Origin: an uncultured Dehalococcoidia bacterium
GTDB lineage: Bacteria > Chloroflexota > Dehalococcoidia > Lucifugimonadales > UBA3495
Direction of reading: 5' to 3'
Assembly (NCBI GenBank): GCA_950072105.1
Contig: CATMOE010000003.1
Coordinates: 1 to 64,000 of the forward strand
DNA: 64,000 nucleotides
Positions 58,820 through 64,000 of the stretch are shown here, one piece after another (position 1 is the stretch's first letter; every line of letters begins with the position of its first letter). The notes beneath the pieces were generated by a model that did no database searches, was not told the DNA's origin, and was given only the letters and a program-made list of their open reading frames with translations. A program made the position numbers and the translations under genes.

Positions 58820-59653
58820 ATGCAGATCGCCGACAACATCTACAGCACTCACATCCTGGAAGACCCCAACACCTTCGGCGCGATGCACCCCGGTGGGACG
58901 CAGATATACTTCGTCGGCGACCCCAACGACAACATGGTGATGATCGATTCTGGAGAGCCTTACCGGGCCTGGACTCGCCAGATACTGGACTACTACGCCG
59001 AGTTGGGGCGGCCTCGAATGTCGGCGATATTGGTGACCCACGGCCACGGAGACCACATCGGCGGTCTGGACCGGATACAAGAAGAGATGGGCTGCCAGGT
59101 GCGTTGCCACCCCAAGCTGGCTGCCTATCTAACGGAGCGACTGGGCACAGGCTGCGTCCAGCCGATAAAGTCTCGAGAAGTCATACCCACCGGCGGAGGG
59201 CAGGGCTTGCGAGCCTTGTTCACCCCAGGCCACGAGGACAACCATATCTCCTACTTCATGAGGGATCAACGAACACTATTCACCGGCGACACCATCCTGG
59301 GCAACTCCTCATCCAGCATCCGCAACCTGAAGCAGTACATGGCCTCTTTGGAGCTTCTGGCCCGGCAACGCCCAAACCTGATCTGTCCCGGCCACGGACA
59401 ACTTGTCCACGACGGAGCCAAGCGCATACAGTGGTACATCGACCATCGGCAGGCCCGGGAGCAACAGATAATAAAAGCCCTGGCCGCTGGCTCAGGGACC
59501 GTGGACGAGGTTGTTAAAGCCGTTTACCCCCGGAACCTACGCAAGAACCTTCGATCGGCGGCAGCCCGCAACGTAACCACCCACCTGGCCAAGCTGATGG
59601 AAGAGGGCGCAGTTTCCCAAAACGCGGTCACCTACAGCGTCAACGGAGCCTAA
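58820..59653 (+). CDS. Metallo-beta-lactamase fold hydrolase (LACTB2-like)
   Basis: THGHGDHIGG, TPGH, FTGD, PGHG. Confidence 0.9.
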   Translation: MQIADNIYSTHILEDPNTFGAMHPGGTQIYFVGDPNDNMVMIDSGEPYRAWTRQILDYYAELGRPRMSAILVTHGHGDHIGGLDRIQEEMGCQVRCHPKLAAYLTERLGTGCVQPIKSREVIPTGGGQGLRALFTPGHEDNHISYFMRDQRTLFTGDTILGNSSSSIRNLKQYMASLELLARQRPNLICPGHGQLVHDGAKRIQWYIDHRQAREQQIIKALAAGSGTVDEVVKAVYPRNLRKNLRSAAARNVTTHLAKLMEEGAVSQNAVTYSVNGA

Positions 59654-59698
59654 CGAATCACTGTCCAGTAGGCCACTGACAACGCAGAATCGATCACA

Positions 59699-59740
59699 AA
59701 ATCCCTTCCCCCTCGATGGGGGAAGGTTAGGATGGGGGTG
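59699..59740 (-). repeat. REP-like palindromic repeat, family B (copy 2)
   Basis: Reverse complement matches 5078-5118 apart from a 1-nt indel in a G run. Confidence 0.8.
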
Positions 59741-59807
59741 ATACCCCACCCGATAACCTTTTTCCATATAAGTGCTTATGAGGCTACCAGGTCAAACCCC
59801 GCTAGCC

Positions 59808-60188
59808 CTAGCTCCGTTCCAGCAGTTCTATCCGCACATCCCCAGGCGCGCGGACAAAGGCGATCTTCAGTCCTGGCCGCAGTTCGAAAGGTTCCGTGGC
59901 GAACTCGGCGCCCTTGGCCTTCAATTCTTCTGCCGCTTGCGCCAAGTTCTCCACCCGGAACCCGAAGTGATCCAAACCCAAGTGAGGGTCCCGCAACCCG
60001 GCGGGCACGCTCTCGTCAGCCTTGGCGATGAAGATCATCAGCCCGTTGAGATCGATGTCGATTCGAGGCTGACCGTCCGACTGAACCGACTCCACAATCT
60101 TAGCGTCGAACATCTTGTTGAAGTACTGGGCCGTCTCCATCGGGTTCTGGCTGCGAAGATGTATGTGGTCATACGTATAAGTAGTCAT
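59808..60188 (-). CDS. VOC/glyoxalase family protein
   Basis: DHIHL, DHFGF.V, AFV.APGD.RIELLE. Confidence 0.9.
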   Translation of the reverse strand: MTTYTYDHIHLRSQNPMETAQYFNKMFDAKIVESVQSDGQPRIDIDLNGLMIFIAKADESVPAGLRDPHLGLDHFGFRVENLAQAAEELKAKGAEFATEPFELRPGLKIAFVRAPGDVRIELLERS

Positions 60189-60254
60189 ATCTCTCCTCCG
60201 ATGTTTTTAGTTCATCGACAGATCGGAATGCAACTCCTGTCCATCCAGTCGTAA

Positions 60255-60289
60255 AGCCCCCCTTTCGTAAAGGGGGGTTGGGGGGATTT
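60255..60289 (-). repeat. REP-like palindromic repeat, family A (copy 3)
   Basis: AGCCCCCCTTTCGTAAAGGGGGGTTGGGGGGATTT. Confidence 0.8.
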
Positions 60290-60999
60290 CACCCCGCCAC
60301 GTCCAACAGGTCCTTGAGCAGCCTGCAGTTCCGGCAGTTCCTTCGGCCAAATGGACTGATATCCGAGTCCAATATGTCCCTAACCCGGATAAGCAACGGA
60401 CCGATGATTGAAGTTTTCAATTCCACCGGAACCACATTTGCCACAAACCCCATAGCAAACCCGTCGTCCCGGTGGACACCCTCTCCGGCGGCGTCGTCAT
60501 CGCTGGTTGCCGGCTCCGTATAAATAAGCGCCAATCCCGTCACCGGCTCCAAACCGCACTGTTCCCCGATCAAGGCGTAGGCGTTGAGTTGGGCTTCGTA
60601 AAGTGGGAACAGCCGCTCTTGATAAGGCGTGTACCTGGAGGTCTTATAGTCCACGATCAAGTGGGATCCGTCGGGCCGCACGAACACGCCGTCCGGGTTT
60701 CCGGTCAGCATTATATCGTTGTCATGGTCGACGATGTTGAATTTGGTGTGATGGGGAGGCGGTTTGTACCCCGCCAACTCTCCCAGAGACTCGAACCAAA
60801 CGGGGGCCCCGCCTCCCTTGTCGAACCAACCGTGGACGACCTTCTTGCTGAATGAGTCTATGGAGCTGAAGATGCCGGGAAAGGACTGATAGGGGAGCCG
60901 GTCGGGTACCCGTCGTTTGACCCAAAAGCACCGGGGGCAGAAGTCGGGCATGGCCAGTTCTGCCAGGACCTTGGCGGATATTCGCAACTGTTGGACCAA
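60289..60999 (-). CDS. PD-(D/E)XK nuclease (RecB/Cas4-like)
   Basis: CPRC, G.PD, IVDYKT, QL.AY, C..C. Confidence 0.82.
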   Translation of the reverse strand: MVQQLRISAKVLAELAMPDFCPRCFWVKRRVPDRLPYQSFPGIFSSIDSFSKKVVHGWFDKGGGAPVWFESLGELAGYKPPPHHTKFNIVDHDNDIMLTGNPDGVFVRPDGSHLIVDYKTSRYTPYQERLFPLYEAQLNAYALIGEQCGLEPVTGLALIYTEPATSDDDAAGEGVHRDDGFAMGFVANVVPVELKTSIIGPLLIRVRDILDSDISPFGRRNCRNCRLLKDLLDVAG

Positions 61000-61282
61000 G
61001 GTTGACTCCCAGGGACCGCGGGTCCAGCCGATTCAGATCTATCTGATTGCCTGCTCCGAACCCGCATCAACTTTACGTAGACACGCGATAACCGGGGCCT
61101 GGCGCGGACATAACGTATGCCCGTGCCGATTGGGTTGTCAAGAGACGATTTGACGCTGGTTGGCGGTCATCATAGAATAACCTCGTATCCATCTAGGTCC
61201 AGGGGATTTGCTAAGGCGGATTCCCGATCGCGATTAAGACTTGCCCATCCTCTTACCCAAGCGCCCTTTTACAACTGGGAAC

Positions 61283-61450
61283 AGCCTGCAGGTGGCCCCG
61301 TTGCCGGGGCTTAATAGGGAAGCCGGTGGGAGTCCGGCGCGGTCCCGCCACTGTAACTGGATGAGGCTATCTCCATTGCCAACCCCACGGCGTTAAGGCC
61401 GGGAAGGCGGGGGATGGCCCGTTATCCGGAAGCCAGGAGACCTGCCGCAG
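61283..61450 (+). ncRNA. Cobalamin (AdoCbl) riboswitch
   Basis: AGGT...AATAGGGAA-CCGGTG..A.TCCGG..CGG.CCCGCCACTGTAA, GGGAAGG, AAGCCAGGAGACCTGCC B12-box; upstream of cob genes. Confidence 0.92.
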
Positions 61451-61502
61451 ACTCGACTTGATACACTTCGAGGATAAGGGTATGGGTCTTGGAGAGCATC
61501 AA

Positions 61503-61529
61503 CCCGGCCGAGAAGCCGGGCATTTTTTT
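61503..61529 (+). terminator. Terminator hairpin in the riboswitch expression platform
   Basis: CCCGGC/GCCGGG stem followed by T7 before the first ORF. Confidence 0.65.
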
Positions 61530-61573
61530 GGGGTGAAGCCTTCGAATGCTTTCCCCACACCAAGGAGACCCGA

Positions 61574-61957
61574 ATGATACGCGAGATACTTGAGGCCTGC
61601 CAGCCGGGGTTTGCCGAGGTAGTCCTGATGTTGGCCAACAACGGGGCCACCGCCGAGGTCTACACCATGTTTGAGGACCTGCGTTTTGCCGATGACGGCA
61701 ACGTCGTCACCTTCATGGCCGAAGGGGGCACCCACCTCCATATGCACATGAACGAGGTCAAAGAGGTCCGGTTCATCCACAATACAAACGCTGAGGGCCT
61801 ACCCAGCTACTCAGTCTGGTTTATAGACGGAGAAGATCAGCCCATGCTTCGCGTCTATCTGAGAAAATCAGAAAAGGACGAGACGAATCAACCCAGGCAC
61901 GACCTGTTTATCAGCCTCCAAAAGAAGTACGGCGAAAGCTTATCCATCCCTAACTAA
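61574..61957 (+). CDS. ChuX/HutX (HemS-like fold) family protein
   Basis: N.GA.AE, HLH, V.F, S.S..F.D.......VYL pattern. Confidence 0.6.
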   Translation: MIREILEACQPGFAEVVLMLANNGATAEVYTMFEDLRFADDGNVVTFMAEGGTHLHMHMNEVKEVRFIHNTNAEGLPSYSVWFIDGEDQPMLRVYLRKSEKDETNQPRHDLFISLQKKYGESLSIPN

Positions 61958-62026
61958 GCCAGCAGTGAGGGGTATAATAGCCCCTGATAGCTGACGGCTG
62001 ATTGCCGATAGCTGGGAGACTTACAC

Positions 62027-63403
62027 TTGACTTCATCCGTCGTAATTGCCGGCGTTCGCAGCGGGGTCGGCAAGACCACCATCGCCACCGGAATCATGGG
62101 CGCATTGACCCGGCGCGGCCAACTCGTTCAGCCTTTCAAAGCCGGTCCGGACTACATCGATCCGTCTTATCATAAACTTGCCTGCGGAGTCCCCTCCCGC
62201 AACCTGGATACCTGGTTGATGCCTCACCAAACTGTGTTGGAGTTGTTCCAGCGGGCCGGCTCTCAGCGCCAAATTTCAATAGTTGAAGGGGTGATGGGAG
62301 TATTCGACGGCCACTCCAATCTCTCGGAAGAGGGCTCCACCGCTGAGCTTGCCAAGCTGTTGAACGCCCCAGTCATATTAGTGGCTGACGCTTCCAAAGT
62401 TGCCCGCAGCGTGGCCGCTGAGATTTTGGGATACCAGCAGTTTGACCCTGATCTAAGGATCGCCGGCGTCATCCTGAATGGGGTCGGCAGCCCCCGCCAC
62501 ATGGAATTCTGCCAGCCGCAGATCGAGGCCACCACCGGGATACCGGTACTGGGCTACCTGCCCCGCCGGGATGAACTGGTGCAACCCGAGCGTCACCTGG
62601 GCCTGATTCCCACCGTGGAGGGCACGGTGGCTCGCCAATGGTACGACACGCTGATTGCCCAGGTGGAAGAAACCATCGACCTGGACCGTATCGTTGCTAT
62701 CGCCTCCGGTTCCAAGAGTGCCGAAGTCTTCCCGGCGGCGTATCCAACCGAACCTCAACCCAAGCGGGCCCGGATTGCCATCGCGCAGGACATGGCCTTT
62801 AGTTTTTACTATCAGGACTCATTGGACCTGCTTGAAGCATGGGGGGCCGAGCTTGTTTCTTTTAGCCCCCTGGAGGACACGAGCTTACCCCAAGGCGCCG
62901 GTGGCATTTACCTGGGCGGCGGCTTCCCCGAGATGTTTGGCGCCGAACTGGCGGCCAACAAGCCCATGCACGACGCGATACGGAAGGCGGTCAGCGACGG
63001 CGTGCCGGTCTACGCCGAGTGCGGTGGCCTGATGTACCTTGGCCGGAGCCTGGACGACCTTGACGGGACACGGCACACCATGGTCGGAGTGATTCCTGCC
63101 GTGTCCGCAATGTCCCATCAGCGTATGACCCTCGGTTACCGGGAGGTTGAGTCCCGCCGAGATGGTCCGCTGATGTTGCAAGGGCAGCGGGTACGGGGCC
63201 ACGAATTTCACTGGTCTACGCTGGAGGAGCCACCCGATCCTGACCAGTCAGTTTACAAAGTTGTGGACCAAGACAACCGGGCCGACGGGTTCCAGGCGGG
63301 AAGCGTGTACGCGTCCTACATCCACATCCATCTGGGCAGTGACCCGTCCCTCGCCCCCCGCTTCGTGGAAACTTGTGCTCCCCATTCGAGCATGGGGCTT
63401 TAA
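62027..63403 (+). CDS. cbiA: Cobyrinate a,c-diamide synthase
   Basis: SGVGKTT, FKAGPDYIDP, EGVMG, ERHLGL, AECGG, GHEFH. Confidence 0.93.
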   Translation: MTSSVVIAGVRSGVGKTTIATGIMGALTRRGQLVQPFKAGPDYIDPSYHKLACGVPSRNLDTWLMPHQTVLELFQRAGSQRQISIVEGVMGVFDGHSNLSEEGSTAELAKLLNAPVILVADASKVARSVAAEILGYQQFDPDLRIAGVILNGVGSPRHMEFCQPQIEATTGIPVLGYLPRRDELVQPERHLGLIPTVEGTVARQWYDTLIAQVEETIDLDRIVAIASGSKSAEVFPAAYPTEPQPKRARIAIAQDMAFSFYYQDSLDLLEAWGAELVSFSPLEDTSLPQGAGGIYLGGGFPEMFGAELAANKPMHDAIRKAVSDGVPVYAECGGLMYLGRSLDDLDGTRHTMVGVIPAVSAMSHQRMTLGYREVESRRDGPLMLQGQRVRGHEFHWSTLEEPPDPDQSVYKVVDQDNRADGFQAGSVYASYIHIHLGSDPSLAPRFVETCAPHSSMGL

Positions 63404-63444
63404 GCCCCGTTACTTGAGCAACCGTTATTGGAGGTCAACGACCC

Positions 63445-64000
63445 ATGAGCACCGGAGAAAGTTCTGAACCGGGCCCCCAGTCCGTAACCGGCCCACGCAT
63501 CAACAAGGGACTGGTCATCGTCAACACCGGCAACGGCAAGGGGAAGACCACCGCCGCCATGGGTGTGCTGTTTCGCGCCTGGGGCAGAGACTTCAAGGTA
63601 ATCATGCTCCAGTTCATCAAACATTCCACCGCCAACTTCGGTGAGCAACGCGCTGCCAAAAAGATCGGCGTAGAGATGCGGGCCATGGGCGACGGATTTA
63701 CCTGGCGCTCTAAAGACTTGGATCAATCTGCCGACATGGCCCGTGCCCACTGGGATGACTGCAAGGAGATTATCGCCTCCGGAGATTACGACGTGATCGT
63801 GCTGGATGAGTTCACCTATCCGATGCACTACGGCTGGATCCCGGTAGAGGAAGTTGTCGAGGTTCTGAAAAACCGGCCTGAGATGCAGCACGTAATCATC
63901 ACCGGCCGCCACGCCCCTCAAGAGTTGATCGATTACGCTGACTTGGTCACCGAGATGAACGTGATCAAACATCCCTACCACGAAGGCATCAAAGCCCAAC
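63445..64000 (+). CDS. cobO: Cob(I)yrinic acid a,c-diamide adenosyltransferase (CobO/BtuR), partial at the window edge
   Basis: [36 protein letters not shown] (translated by hand; not in the ORF track). Confidence 0.92.
   Translation, partial: MSTGESSEPGPQSVTGPRINKGLVIVNTGNGKGKTTAAMGVLFRAWGRDFKVIMLQFIKHSTANFGEQRAAKKIGVEMRAMGDGFTWRSKDLDQSADMARAHWDDCKEIIASGDYDVIVLDEFTYPMHYGWIPVEEVVEVLKNRPEMQHVIITGRHAPQELIDYADLVTEMNVIKHPYHEGIKAQ

Noticed and set aside
60289..60999. CRISPR-associated cas4
   Set aside because: No other cas genes and no repeat-spacer array anywhere in the window.

Overview
Bacterial chromosomal window with GC-rich coding. The gene content (archaellin homologues, LLM monooxygenase, family-5 solute-binding protein with V-E-K-E repeats, TcuA, PrpD, Mo-hydroxylase) points by inference to Chloroflexota, probably Dehalococcoidia/SAR202-like. 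Most of the window is metabolic and transport genes: speD/speE, queF-D-C-E, an ABC peptide-type transporter, GGT, penicillin acylase, and a cobalamin-riboswitch-led hutX-like/cbiA/cobO operon. Main highlights: (1) a split, apparently tail-less HK97-type phage head system with no integrase or replication genes. A Zn-ribbon/terL/portal cassette lies at 15.2-18.3 kb (- strand) and a protease/capsid/accessory/head-connector operon at 41.5-49.4 kb (+ strand). It looks like a domesticated GTA-like element or a decaying prophage, and carries one nonsense and one frameshift lesion. (2) Two in-frame UGA codons at Cys-equivalent positions, each followed by a SECIS-like hairpin, giving candidate selenoproteins (OsmC-like and BtuF-like). 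(3) Two tandem archaeal-flagellin (archaellin) genes in a bacterium. (4) A HutX/ChuX-like protein under a B12 riboswitch. The left edge carries a probable IS end that truncates a large pilin-like gene. No CRISPR array, rRNA or tRNA was seen. All calls come from motif reading without database searches.
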